Shown: positions 51,401 through 62,156 of the stretch, piece after piece
How the letters are laid out: each line of letters opens with the position of its first letter
How positions within the stretch are numbered: the first letter of the stretch is position 1
From: Lytechinus pictus
Taxonomy: Eukaryota
DNA: 64,000 nt
Reading direction: 5' to 3'
Assembly (NCBI RefSeq): GCF_037042905.1
Contig: NC_087246.1
Coordinates: forward strand, 7,752,001-7,816,000
The notes under the pieces: model-generated
Database searches by the model: none
Told to the model about the DNA's origin: nothing
What the model saw: the letters and a program-made list of their open reading frames with translations, nothing else
Program-made: the position numbers and the translations under genes

Positions 51401-54400
51401 ACATGTACTCACACATGGTTCTTTTTTTATTCATATACATGTATTGTTTAATCATTATTTTTTATATTTATTGCCGAATTGATAATAAATAACTTAATGA
51501 AGAAAAAAAGAAAGAAAGAAAATGTTTTTCTGTGTACATCAGTACAAAAAAACATGAATGGTATTTCCGGTAAATGAATGCATCAAAAAATGTTTCCTTA
51601 TCTGAAAGAGGATATATATGTAAAAGTCATAAATGCCAAACTATCATGTAGGGCATGGATCAGTTTATTATACATGCCTATCATCAGGACAATATTTATT
51701 AAGGAAACTGGGTGTGGCCTAAATAGAGAGAGGCGTTGGGTTTGAGTGGCTTGGGGTGCGTTTATCCGCCACTTTTTTACCCTATAATCATGATTCCAAT
51801 CATGATTCAAATCACGATTCTGCAGAATCACGATTGCGTTTAGTCGAAATTGAATATAATCATGATTAGAATCACAAACATGAACTACGAAAAAAGGGGC
51901 GTTTGGAAAGACGTTTCTGCAGAATCACGTACGAAAATGTTCGGATAAACGATATCGTGATTTGAATCATGATTATATGACGTCATTGTGTCGAGCTATT
52001 TCCGGTTCTTGCCAAGGCGCGCGCCCCACGTTGTCACATCACATGTACGTCGCCGACCTCCAATTAAGTGTCCAACGTTGACCTATACTTCCTGGGTCAA
52101 ACTGCGCACTGTGATGCGCACTGGATCGGTCCGAATCCGAGGAGAAACAGCGTTGGAACGAAGGTCGTCTAAACCCTGATTCTGTAGTAATTGTGATTCA
52201 TGTTTGTGATTTGAATCATGATTCCAATCATGATTCAAATCACGATTCTGGCTTGAGGTCGGATAAACGCAGCCTTAGCAGATCACAGGAAAGACGGATA
52301 TCCTATAACAGCTACCTGAATGACTTTTGAAATCTGTAAACAATACTAAGAAGTTAACCCTTTCGATACCCTCTTTTGATGTAAGGCACATTGTTTTCTC
52401 CGGCAATCATGAAAACATTGTTATAAATGAAGCTATTCAAATGATTCATGTATGCCTACTTTTTTCAACAAATTTCTACAGATCTATGCTTTGGTTGGCT
52501 TAGCATTCATTGTAATTTGTATTACCTTACCTTCACAGGATTGCAGCATGGATATGTATGGTCATGCTTTAAATATTGCCTTTTGTCTTGATTTGTATAT
52601 TTTTGATATACGTATAATTAATTTTTCGTAATTTTTCGTAATTTTGTTTTCACTTTCAGTTCCTTTGTTGTTCTTTTTCTGAGATATCTTGTATTTTCCC
52701 CCTTCTTTCTTAGCGCTTTGAAACTTTTGTATAAAGCGCTCTATAAATTTTGTATATTATTTTTTTGTATATTATAAAATAATAAAAAAATGAAAGTATT
52801 CTATTGTTGTAACTTTATCAGTCCCATTTGTATGACAACTCTTAAACCATATTGAAAGCCAAATCAACTAGCTATTTTGCATGATTAACAATAGAATTTG
52901 TGATTCTAGAGAATGGGCCTTCATAACACTTCTCAACAACCCAAGTTATATGATTGATGGCATCCTAAATTCTGAGTTGAGATTACATTCATGCGTTTGT
53001 ATGTAGACAAGATTGATTAAACTTATTGTTTTCCAAATACCGGTAACGAATTAGAAATTTTAAGAATATGCACAGAAAAGAACATTCAGACTATTTACTG
53101 GTTATATTGATGAAACCCAAGATCTGGAATTTATTTTATTAATAAGAGACAACAAAAAAAGAAATCACAAAAATATGGCATAAAGCTACATGTTAACGTT
53201 CATTTAAGCACTAAATAATTCCAAAGACATTTTCAATGCAAACTATCTAAAATATTTGAATTCTTAATCTAGAAAAAAAAATGAATAATCCAACTTTTCT
53301 ACATGTATGCAAACACATGTAAATCACAACTCATTCCACATAAGTGACGTCATAGAATCCTTGCCAGTAAACAGCACAATTATACCAAATGATAATGATT
53401 TAAATTGAAAAGTTTTTTTGTTGTAATATTCAGCTGGTGAACTGTAAAAATGCACGAAACTGGCTATGTGTATTTCATAGCTTATAGTTGGTGTAAATTT
53501 TTGGTTCCAATTAGGTCATTCAGTTAAAAGTTTAAAACATGAAAATAAAACAGAATGGAATAGAATCAAATAGTAGTACTTTATCTGCTTCTCACTGTAC
53601 ATGCATATTACTGTACGTTACTTTATCAGTCTTCTGGCATGTGAACTATGTCATGATACATTTATGCACTTGAGCCATTTCACAACAATACTGCATACAT
53701 TGCTAACAGGTATTGTATAAAATCTTGGATGGAACATTTCTAGAAAATCATTTCCTCATTGACTTCATGAGGATATTTGATATAAAACCACTGATTCACC
53801 CAAAGCTTTGTACTCAGTTCACAGATTTCAGGGTTAGCAGTTTAATTCAAAGCTTCTCGACAAGTACATGTATGCATGTGTGTATAATGATGGATTGCGT
53901 ATCACATTGAAAATTATGTGACACATGTTTTAAATGACCTCAGTTCAGGTTTGAGCAATGCAAAAACTTCAAAATCATATTTCTTCTTTTTAATGGAGGT
54001 GGCCAAAGAACAATGAAGAATTGCAGCAAAAAAGTTGATTGTTTTGTGATCTCAAAGCAGATCCATATTCTATGGAATCTCACTTGAGCATCCTGCCCAA
54101 TACCAGCAGAAAAAATATCACACAGGCATAGCAACCATTTGATATAGATCTCAAATAACAAGTCAACAAAGTGAAGGCCAAGACCAGTACATTTTTCCAA
54201 GGTTTGAAAATCCTCCACTTCTATTTAGACAAAAGAATATTGTACTTATTGTATCTATTCACTATATATTCATCTCGAAAATGAACATTGTATCAAGGTT
54301 TGTAGAGTTATAAATATAATGAAGTATCTTCATTTTGTTTCACTTTTTGTTTGCAATGTGTTTGCTGGGGGTTTTGTTCCTTTAAAAGAGTAAATGCCTA

Positions 54401-54600
54401 TATAGAAAAAATAAATAAATACAAGGTTACTTGGAATCTTAAAAATGTGTATGAATGTGTGGAATACTTTCTTGTAAGAATTGTTGAACTGAACTTACCC
54501 AAGCAGTGTGTTCTCTGAGATAGCATCCTTTAAACTCTATACAGTTTGCATTACGTACTCTGTGAATAAATCTAACTTCCTTGATGATGTCTTGCCATTT
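18145..54600 (-). CDS. TAOK1: Serine/threonine kinase TAO (TAOK1/2/3-like), multi-exon, 5'-partial in this window (overall span; exons listed separately)
   Basis: Sixteen GT-AG exons join in frame. They encode the kinase motifs [11 protein letters not shown] and [29 protein letters not shown], the TAO-specific segment [22 protein letters not shown], and the TAO coiled coil ([11 protein letters not shown]...). The symbol gives the family; the paralog cannot be resolved. Confidence 0.96.
19030..19212 (-). CDS. TAOK1: TAO kinase exon [31 protein letters not shown]...[12 protein letters not shown]
   Basis: ORF 18994..19248; acceptor ttctcag, donor gtgagc. Confidence 0.95.
19808..20020 (-). CDS. 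TAOK1: TAO kinase exon [59 protein letters not shown]...
   Basis: Manual translation (not in the ORF track); acceptor cctacag, donor gtgagt; 213 nt. Confidence 0.94.
20372..23391 (+). mobile_element. Decayed pogo/Tigger-type DNA transposon with DDE transposase pseudogene (~20.6-22.5 kb)
   Basis: TIRs ctgtacgaggtgaaattt / aaatttcacctcgcacag; remnant peptides [29 protein letters not shown] and [18 protein letters not shown] (cf. the pogo LQPLDV motif); many stops and frameshifts. Confidence 0.82.
21116..21878. mobile_element. piggyBac-type MITE nested in the pogo transposase; related 5' fragment at ~57317-57460
   Basis: TTAA TSD at 21112-21115 and 21879-21882; TIR ccctaattctcccgggg / ccccgggagatttaggg; subterminal palindromes gggggggccataatggccccccc. 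Confidence 0.9.
23526..23765 (-). CDS. TAOK1: TAO kinase exon [21 protein letters not shown]...QQPKELK
   Basis: ORF 23448..23771; acceptor ttgcag, donor gttagt. Confidence 0.95.
24387..24581 (-). CDS. TAOK1: TAO kinase exon [19 protein letters not shown]...EQDQLRE
   Basis: ORF 24348..24578; STPKKE motif; acceptor ttgtag, donor gtgaga. Confidence 0.94.
25140..25430 (-). mobile_element. tRNA-derived SINE; degenerate copy at ~15740-15935 (+)
   Basis: Head has box A TGGCCCAGTGG and box B GGTTCGAATCC; core cactcaacccaggtg...ggtacc; AT-rich tail. Confidence 0.88.
25724..25852 (-). CDS. TAOK1: TAO kinase exon [43 protein letters not shown]
   Basis: ORF 25688..25975; acceptor ccttgcag, donor gtaaga. 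Confidence 0.93.
25926..26083. mobile_element. Short Harbinger-like MITE
   Basis: TIR gggggcgtttcat / atgaaacgctcca; TSD CTG on both sides. Confidence 0.8.
26521..30715. mobile_element. piggyBac-type non-autonomous element hosting a foldback element
   Basis: TTAA at 26517-26520 and 30716-30719; perfect 16-bp TIR ctctttgcccgccacg. Confidence 0.88.
27077..30426. mobile_element. 3.35-kb foldback element, Academ-like: ~330-bp TIRs and internal ~145-bp satellite arms in opposite orientations
   Basis: Ends tagacgggtcaatata / tatattgacccgtcta; TSD TTA; repeats ...caagttacaaggac... on the left and ...gtccttgtaacttg... on the right. Confidence 0.87.
30900..31078 (-). CDS. TAOK1: TAO kinase coiled-coil exon (G)[25 protein letters not shown]...DVEKK
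   Basis: ORF 30858..31067; tag acceptor, donor gtattc; phase 1/0. Confidence 0.95.
31597..31762 (-). CDS. TAOK1: TAO kinase exon [15 protein letters not shown]...[29 protein letters not shown]
   Basis: ORF 31556..31747; TAO motif FxTIRxxSxVTRQxxEHE; acceptor ctttcag, donor gtatca; phase 0/1. Confidence 0.92.
36032..36223 (-). CDS. Candidate alternative TAO exon [64 protein letters not shown]
   Basis: GC-rich open frame (ORF 35906..36247) in an AT-rich intron; cag acceptor at 36224-36226, AAG|gtacaa donor; 192 nt, phase 0/0, matching the neighbouring exons. Splice sites are only moderate. Confidence 0.5.
38285..38440 (-). CDS. TAOK1: TAO kinase Ser-rich linker exon [18 protein letters not shown]...[10 protein letters not shown]...RNER
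   Basis: ORF 38111..38461; resembles the TAO 'SSQSSSVNS' segment; CAGCAG acceptor, donor gtaagc; phase 0/0. Confidence 0.88.
39314..40020 (+). mobile_element. Helentron-associated (HINE/pearl/Tsp-like) element with ~155-bp tandem repeats
   Basis: Subterminal inverted repeat ttgtcttgcctgc / gcaggcgagacaa; about 3.5 copies of a ~155-bp unit containing tgacctttgacct; (GAC)n microsatellite; ends in an A run. Confidence 0.8.
40042..40212 (-). CDS. TAOK1: TAO kinase exon [32 protein letters not shown]...EVSTDD
   Basis: ORF 39913..40179; acceptor ttctgtag; donor gtaagc at 40041, with an alternative in-frame gtcagc at 40056. Confidence 0.88.
40730..42287 (-). repeat. 85-bp tandem array: 17 copies of the last 78 nt of a TAO exon plus GTAAGAT, adjoining the true exon
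   Basis: The donor motif (ttacc on +) recurs every 85 bp from 40761 to 42206. Confidence 0.97.
42210..42385 (-). CDS. TAOK1: TAO kinase exon (A)[24 protein letters not shown]...[10 protein letters not shown]
   Basis: ORF 42189..42392; acceptor gcag, donor CAG|gtaaga; phase 1/0. Confidence 0.95.
42530..44020. repeat. Unclassified composite repeat with a central ~400-bp palindrome; the same module occurs at ~60330-61070
   Basis: Arms gactctgat...atattgtagtccca...ccatggtgt and acaccatgg...tgggactacaatat...atcagagtc centred near 43330. Confidence 0.7.
44410..44501 (-). CDS. TAOK1: TAO kinase exon [30 protein letters not shown]
   Basis: ORF 44288..44500; acceptor ttctcccag, donor gtaaga; phase 2/1. 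Confidence 0.96.
44889..44949 (-). CDS. TAOK1: TAO kinase exon (G)[19 protein letters not shown](W)
   Basis: ORF 44885..45073; acceptor ccag, donor gtgagt; phase 1/2. Confidence 0.95.
45402..45551 (-). CDS. TAOK1: TAO kinase exon (V)[49 protein letters not shown] (catalytic loop)
   Basis: ORF 45367..45609; acceptor ttgcag, donor gtgagt; phase 1/1. Confidence 0.96.
45976..48482. mobile_element. 2.5-kb non-autonomous DNA transposon, Sola2-like
   Basis: TIR gagcatgatcggtt / aaccgatcacgctc (GAG..CTC); 4-bp TSD TGTA; many catcacggacggaca motifs in both orientations. Confidence 0.78.
50310..50355 (-). CDS. TAOK1: TAO kinase exon [15 protein letters not shown] (46 bp)
   Basis: Manual translation; acceptor ctgtttcag, donor gttagt; phase 0/1. 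Confidence 0.95.
51754..52274. mobile_element. Palindromic Harbinger-like MITE
   Basis: TIR gggtgcgtttatccg / cggataaacgcagcc; repeated aatcatgatt and aatcacgatt; flanks ttg/tta. Confidence 0.75.
54499..54600 (-). CDS. TAOK1: TAO kinase exon [34 protein letters not shown] (102 bp)
   Basis: Manual translation; acceptor ttcttttttag, donor gtaagt; phase 0/0. Not in the ORF track. Confidence 0.95.
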
Positions 54601-54930
54601 CTAAAAAAGAATGAAAAAAGAGATTCCATATTCATTTTAAAGTATTCTCAGGAGTTGAATTCTCAAATTCTACAGATATCAACACCTCAAGGAATAATTT
54701 TCCTTGTATTGCATCGCAATTTGCTCCACATTTTTGAAAGTCTGCTATGTATAAAGTCTTTTGTATATAATATTTTTACATAGGACTGTAAAGCAAAGCA
54801 AAAGCAAAATTATTCCCTGTTGATTGTACATCTACCAACAAAATGAACAAAGCAAGAACATTACACATTTGAAAAAATGTGATTGAATATGAAGACGCTG
54901 GCCCTCACATAAACTCAGTCCATTAAAAAA

Positions 54931-55663
54931 AACCAAGTGGAGCGCCTCTGGCAGTCTCGCCTGCATTAGGCGATTCAATATAACAGCAGTGCTGACTTTT
55001 AAAACGACTATAAAATAATTATTCACAAAAAACATTATTCATAATATCATACTACGTTCATTGACCCTAAATGACATTTGACCTTGAACAAGTGACCTCA
55101 TTACCCCTATGTCCAAGTTTCATGAACTACATGTAGGTCCATATACTTTTTAAGTTATGATGTAACTTCAAAAAATTAACCTTATACCCCTTTCATAAAC
55201 CCAATAAAACACAATTATGCGGCTAATAGCAGCATAATTTGGTCGTAAAATCAGAGGAGGACAAGAGTTATCCGCATTATTCTGATGCTGCTATTATCCG
55301 CATAATAGCGGCATCGGGACAAGATTTTGAGTTTATGAACGTATTTCCAAATAATGCGGATAATTGCCATGGTGCGGTCACAAGGTCACCCTTTTCCAAC
55401 ACAACCGCATTGGAGGGGGCGTGTCCAGTTGTCATGACGATTATCCGCCTTTTTCAGGACGAGCACTCGTAAAAATAATTCATGGAGTTTGTGAACGCAA
55501 TTTTTATTGAATTATCCGCATTACTCTTAGGCGGCTAATTGGAGGATATGTTTTATTGGGTTTATGAAAGGGGTATTAGTTTATGATTTCAATGTTGACG
55601 CAGCAGCCGCCGCCAGAAGAGCGGCGCCTATAGTCTCGCTCTGCTATGCAGGCGAGACAAAAA
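54931..55663 (+). mobile_element. HINE/Tsp-like element of the same type as 39314-40020; degraded relative at ~49740-50090
   Basis: Inverted pair gtctcgcctgcat / atgcaggcgagac; tgacatttgacct core; ends in aaaaa. Confidence 0.75.
55185..55575. mobile_element. Harbinger-like MITE nested in the HINE-like element
   Basis: TIR tacccctttcataaacccaataaaaca / tgttttattgggtttatgaaaggggta; TSD TTA. Confidence 0.85.
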
Positions 55664-55872
55664 CGTGTGTCCGTCAGTCCATGTATATGTTATGCCCATG
55701 CACATAGGCCTACATGCATGTTGATCTCCTGCAGTTTGAACAATCTCAACAAGACACGATGGTGGGAGGGTAGAGACAGGTGTAAGAGAGCAGAGAGAGT
55801 ATGTGAGGGGGTGGCTTTAGACAGGTTGAGATAAAGAAGGGGCAAGAGCGTTGGTAAGAGCACAAAGATATA

Positions 55873-56984
55873 GGGTGTGTTCAATGAAGGTTTCCAAGCT
55901 TTAAACAGCAACATGAATCATGATTGAAAACATGATTACAAACAACTGATATAATTAGAAACAGAGGATGTGTTCAATGTCCTCCATTTCTGGTTGTGTA
56001 TTAAAGGGGAATCCAACCCAAATGAAATCGTGTTTTTAGAAGTTAAAGAAAAATTAGACAAGTTGATAGGTGAAAGTTTGAACAATATTGGACAAACAAC
56101 AAGAAAGTTATGAATTTTCAAAAGTTGTAAATATTGGTAATCACTATACCCATGGACACTTCAAATTGGTCGCATATGGGATGTCATAGTGATGTAAGGC
56201 AAGGACTACTCTTCCATGTACTCCAATACATATTATGGCTAAAATGTCATTTTTCCCAAAAGTTTTATTTCAAATCATAATTTTTTTTCATGAGGACATA
56301 AAACAATATACCACCTGGATTATATTTATATCACTGCCCCAGGGGAATGGGTACTTAGGAGAAAACCACAAATCCCTGATAGTAAAGTACATGGCCTATG
56401 GGGAAGTTGTCCTTGCCCCTTGTCATATTTTACTTACCCAGTTGCCAATTTGAAATCTACATAGTATTAGTGATCTCAATTTTAAAGCAGCTATAACTTT
56501 CTTATTGCTTGTCCGATTTCTTTCAAACTTTCACCATTCTGTTTAATTTATTTTTCTCCTTCACAACACAAAATGTTATGGCCAAGGCTGGATTCCCCTT
56601 TAAGTAAATGTTTTTCGAATCACGATTCAGGGGAAAATTTAAAAGTCGAAAAAGAAGCGTTTGTAAACACGATCACCTCAGATTTTAGCAGACCTTCAGC
56701 ATTGCAAATGCGACATTGAACACAATTGAGTTTTGACACATCTTTGAATTTGCTCTTGCAGTGGAAGCCTACACAAGCAGGTGCCAAATTGACCTTTCTT
56801 GTGATGGGTCAAACTGCGCAATAAAGCTGCGCTAACAAAGCAGAAAATTTTATAAAGATGATCAACATATAATTATAAAACACTTTATAATTTCGACACT
56901 TAACAGTGCACCACTGATCATATCAAGTTTTCAATCATGATTCGTGTTGACTTTTGAATTTGTAAATCGACATTCAACATACCC
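55873..56984. mobile_element. Harbinger-like MITE hosting a Kolobok-like MITE
   Basis: Imperfect TIR gggtgtgttcaatg / cattcaacataccc; subterminal aatcatgattgaaaa / ttttcaatcatgatt. Confidence 0.6.
56005..56599. mobile_element. Kolobok-like MITE
   Basis: TTAA TSD at 56001-56004 and 56600-56603; TIR aggggaatcca / tggattcccct. Confidence 0.85.
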
Positions 56985-57892
56985 TTTAGAGTAAGGAAGT
57001 GATGACATCAAAACAAATTTTTTTGCATTTCAGAACTTTAAAAATACAATATCTATGCGGGGCATGATGAAAAACCTCCATGACCCAATTTTGGTGGGAA
57101 TCGGTTCATAGAGCCCCCACAGATATGACCTCATGAATATATAATTAGCCCAATTGAAGTCAATGTATTATTGGCCTGGTTCTAAATTTCAGGAACCAGG
57201 CAACTCAGTATATATGTATGAAAATGAGAAAATCAATGATGTCACTAAACATTTCTTCGTTTTTTTTTATTGTATGAAAATATTTCAATTTTTACAAATT
57301 CGACAATACAGATTAACCCTAAACAGGCCGGGGGGGTTGAATCAACCCCCTCAACATTTTCTGCGATCATTCCACCGCGCAAATTTTTTTGACCGCGCCA
57401 CTCACAGAGTTTATACTTTTAAGTCTCGCGCATCTTTTGAGACCAAATTTACGACGCCCACCTAATGAATATTCATGACGACTGTTTTTACGAAATATTG
57501 CTAAACTTTAAACTTCAATAACTTTATTATTTGTTATCCGATTTTGATGAAATTTTCGGCATTTTGCTCAATGAATTCTACTCTATGTATTAAGATATAA
57601 ATATTTTCAGCCCGTACCATCCCTTTAAGTTCTTGGTAGAAAAATTTGAATAAACCTAATTTCATATTTATAATAAAATACAAAAGAACAAGTGGGGATA
57701 TGACATCATCAGCCCACCTAATGAATATTCATAAAGACATGCCTAGAACTGTTTCAGCGGAATAATGCAAATCTCTAAAATTCAATAACTTTGTTATCCG
57801 ATTTTGATCAAATTTTCAGCATTTTGCTCTGTGAATTTTACTCTATTGAGATATAAATATCTTCAGCCTGGACCATCGCTGTAACCTATAAG

Positions 57893-59530
57893 CAAGGCTC
57901 AACATTAGCGGTGGCCCGGTGGCCCAGGGCCACCAGAAATACACCTCGGGCAACCATTATTGAAAAAATGTTAAGTTTTGGTGGCCCAAATCGGGCAAAC
58001 CAATAATTTTCAAAGTAGCGTAATTTTTCTCCCGATTTTGCACGCATTTATCAACTTTCTACAGTTCAAATTGCAAGCCAATTCGTCATGCGCCCTTTTT
58101 GTTAATCTACACACAAAGATTGCATAGTCATGACAGTATGTAGGCCTACCGCTATAGCATACAGTAACTATTATCCAGCCTGCCATGCTGGCCGTCTGGC
58201 GTGAGCTTTGAATGCATGAAACCACTGCAGCTAGCTGTGCGCTAGCAGACTATTCAGACTTAGGGAGCTGCGATACGAAATGTTGCTAAGAAATCTTCCA
58301 CAGAACTTTGAAAATCTACGTCAAAGTCACATTTTACACCAATGAAATGCCCTTCTACAGTCCATATTACTAAAATCTGGTGTAACCTGTTTATTTGCAA
58401 GCATTAAAAAGAAGAATTATGACCTCTCTTTTGACTCAAAAAGACCGATTTCCAAATGCATTAATACAAAACAACACATAGGTGAGTACATCACAGTCCC
58501 ACGTGTGCTTTTTGTATGTATGTTGATACTTCGTTACTTTCGAAGCTGTGTCTTTTCTAGCCAAAAATAAACAGACAGTTTCTTTCTTTCTTGTTATAAA
58601 TGACTTCTTAAACCACTCTTGAGGAAGTAAATACTTTGGGAAGGCATTTCATTGATATGAAATGTGAATTTTTCCAGCATTTTGGCAAATATAGGGAAGG
58701 ACTTTTCTCACTGTTTTTTCCCGATATAACTTTTGCCGTTTTCTTTTTTTTTTTCTTCATTTTTTTTTTATAGTGGTTAAACCATTTATACCTCTTCCCA
58801 TTGAATATGCCTGATTAAAGAATATATTTCTACTGAAAAATAATAGTAAAAATAATTTTCGCCATTTTTTTATTAATTTTGTTTTATTCATTTTTCTTTC
58901 ATTTTCTTTTGTTTTGTTTTTCTCCAAATTTTTTCTTTTCTTTTTTTTCCCTGTTCTTTGTTTTTTCTCTCTCCATTTTCTTTCTTTTGTTTTATTTCAC
59001 TTATTTATTTTATTATTTTTGTTTTCTTTTTTTAATATACTATTCTAAAAATAATTTTTGTTTGTTTCCCCCTTTTATGCATTGATCTAAATGCAGCATA
59101 TTTTTCTGTGATTTTCTCCTGCTATAATATGCTGGAAAAGAGAAAATAAACTGGATTTGGGGCCTGCATAATCTACATGTAGGTTTTAGGATTCAAAAAG
59201 GAAGAAGGGAAAAATCATTGTTTTGTACATCTATCTGAGTTTGCTATGCACTATTTATTTACTTATTTATTCATATATTACCACAAATCAATTAGCAAAG
59301 TAAAATAACAGCAAACAAGATTTACATACAAGATGTACAAAATGAAAGTACTTAGTGGTAGTGGCTGCAGAATTAATATTTCAGAAGTTTGTTTTATTCA
59401 TTTTTAATTAATGTTTTTCTTTATATTTTTCGGGCCACCAAACCTTAATATCGGGCCACCAAAAAAATTATTTGAAGGTTTTGGTGGCCCCGAACGGGCC
59501 ACCACTAAAAAAAGTTAAAGTGGAGCCTTG
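57893..59530. mobile_element. Non-autonomous hAT/P-like element (CA..TG ends, 7-bp TSD)
   Basis: TIR caaggctc / gagccttg; TSD ctataag; subterminal ggtggccc and gggccacc repeats. Confidence 0.8.
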
Positions 59531-59596
59531 CTATAAGATACAACAGAAATAGACAGTAAGTGACGTCATTGGTTCCCTTATTTGCATACCGACAAG

Positions 59597-59751
59597 GGGC
59601 CTGTTGCATAAAACTTTTTACCTGAGAAAACTCAGGTATTTTTACCCGAGTTTTTGCCCTGTATTAAAGTCAATGGCAGAAATCAGACTAACCTTAAGTT
59701 TTCAGTTTTTACCGGAGTTTTCTCAGGTAAAAAGTTTTATGCAATAGGCTG
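59597..59751. mobile_element. Short Harbinger-like MITE with a terminus like that of 11059-13023
   Basis: gcctgttgcataaaactttttacctgagaaaactc ... gagttttctcaggtaaaaagttttatgcaataggc. Confidence 0.8.
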
Positions 59752-59972
59752 AAGGATGTCCATATATTTTGTGAAATTATGCGAAACGTGAAAATGTCAT
59801 ACCTTTCCTATTTTACCTCCGAGTTTGGTCAATTTTTTTTTTCAGAGTTACGCTGTTTCGGGGGTGGATTTGCCCTTTAAAGCGAGATGGAGGGGTGTCA
59901 AGATGTACGAGAGTGATATCTACCTCCCTAACATCAAAATACATTTAAGATTGGGTGTACATACATGTAGAC

Positions 59973-61189
59973 CAGGGCGCGACAAACCCGCTTGCCCGGG
60001 GTAAGTGAAAATGATGTGCGGGCAAGCATTTCTCAAAGTCAATTGCCCGATTGGGCAAGTGGTTGTTTTGGAAATAAAATATCAGTAGACCCTCTAGATT
60101 TCAATATCTTTTGGATAATCACAACTATCTCTCATATTATGTCAAACCAGTAAAATAAACAGTGGAAACTGATGTAAAATCAGCGCCAATTACCAATGAT
60201 TTATTGCCAGGTACCACGTTCGAAAAACCATGCCATCGCATCTTGCGTTCTATGTGTGCAATGACTGCGCATGCACTACTATCTTACGCAATTTGCTGAT
60301 GCAAACCAACAACAACAAAAACACCAAAAGTGGCTAAAATTTCACATTTTGCAAAAATCCATGAAATGGACATCTATTTTCCATATTACCTTGAAATTGT
60401 TTTGATTTAGTTGGAAACTACCGAAAAAATGAAGAGTATTCAGCTGTTCCTTGACTCAGATTTATGATGAAGTTACACTCGGTAAATGTTCTTTATTATT
60501 GTGGTCCCACATGTAGACTTTCATGGTGTTGACCAAGTGTAAAACGATCAAAACGATCAAACGATCAACGATCGTTTTCTGTTTTAAAAAACCCATGAAA
60601 GTCTACATGCGGGACTACAATAAAAACAAATATATTGACCGAGTGTAACATCATAAAATGATGAAGAAAAGACAAGAGAGAGGTGAATATTCTTAATTTT
60701 CTTGATAGTTTCCAACTAATTTTTTTTTAATTCAAGGAAATATGGAAAATAAATGACCATTTCATGGATTTAAAGATGCAAAATGTGACATTTTAGCCAC
60801 TCCACTTTTGATTTTTTTTTTTTTTACATCATAAAACAATCTTTTTCAGAGTCAATAAAGAGCTGAATATTTTTCACTGGCTTTCTTTATAGTTTCCAAC
60901 TAAATCAAAACAATTCTAAGGAAATATGGCAAACAGATAACCATTTCGTGGATTTAAAATGCAAAATATGAAATTTTAGCAACTTTTGGGGAAGGTTTTT
61001 TTTTTACCTTAACGCCCATTTATAAATAGCGAAAAAAAAAATTCAAAATAAACGTAATGACTCGGGTCTACGTCATAATAAAAAAAATTATGAAACAAAT
61101 TGGGCAAGCAGTTTTTCCAATCGGGCAAGCAAATTTTTTCATCACTTGCCAACAGGGCAAGTGACAAAAAAAATTTTTGTAGAGGCCTG
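59973..61189. mobile_element. Non-autonomous hAT/P-like element
   Basis: Ends cagggc / ggcctg; flanks tgtagac / agtagac; subterminal gggcaag and cttgccc repeats. Confidence 0.7.
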
Positions 61190-62156
61190 AGTAGACAACT
61201 ACAAAACAAAGATGGAGAAACAGTGATTGAATGGATACATCTCCCGTCAGAACATATTAATATTCAATGCTAAATCCACCTTTAATATGCTAATCATATC
61301 CTTCAATAGACCAAATTGGATTGCATAATTAAATTACCACTAAATAAACCAGCAATTGGCATTCCTTACAATGTTTGCCAGGCTTGGGAGAGAAAGACAA
61401 TTGACTGAGTAAATACTGTACTGTCTGTACCTTTTGCATGGAATTGTAAAAAAAGGAAATTAACCAGCAATTGGCTGGGCAGTTGGCCTGGATACAGGAG
61501 CTTAATTTGGTTTGTGCAGCTCTGTATGAATAATGAAGCAGGATGGTAAGATTGACTGGAGGGTGCATACATGTAGGTACTTCACACCCGACTAAAAGCT
61601 TTAACAGCTCTTCAGGTACAACAAAGAAATCAATGCTAATTACTTCACCACTTTCAGTCTAACATCCAATCTCTGTAATTAAGAATAAAAAGTTTCTGAG
61701 AGATACACAATACTTGAATTAATTCAATCTCTGTGAGTCTGTGACTGTTCACTATTGTATGTACCCAAAATCTTATCACTTTTATAGTCTCATTGGAAGA
61801 TCTTTGTGAGGGGTAGTAAACAAAACTTCTGCTAACCGTATCAATTGTTCACCAGTAAAATGCTCCATTCTTGTTTTATTTTTTCTGTTACTTATTACAT
61901 GTATATAGGCCTTAATGTGATTACACTTACAATACCAAAATATCAAATTTCCAGGAAATTGCAAAGGGGCCACCCCCCCCCCAAATATAACCAAAATGAA
62001 ATGTGCGGTGAAATAAACAGTAGAGACATTAAATATTACAGATGAACATAGGCCATTTACCCCCCCCCCCCACCAATAATACAAATAAAGTATTTTTAAA
62101 AAATCAAAATTTTAATCTTGAATTATATTCTTAATTGTTAACATGATGTACATGTA

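Noticed and set aside
58879..59085. Phe-rich membrane-protein-like ORF
   Set aside because: It is a T-rich low-complexity tract inside a non-autonomous element.
61600..61680. Possible upstream TAO exon (TESGEVISID)
   Set aside because: It does not match the expected EVVAIKKM motif and has no convincing splice sites; the N-terminal exons were not found in the window.
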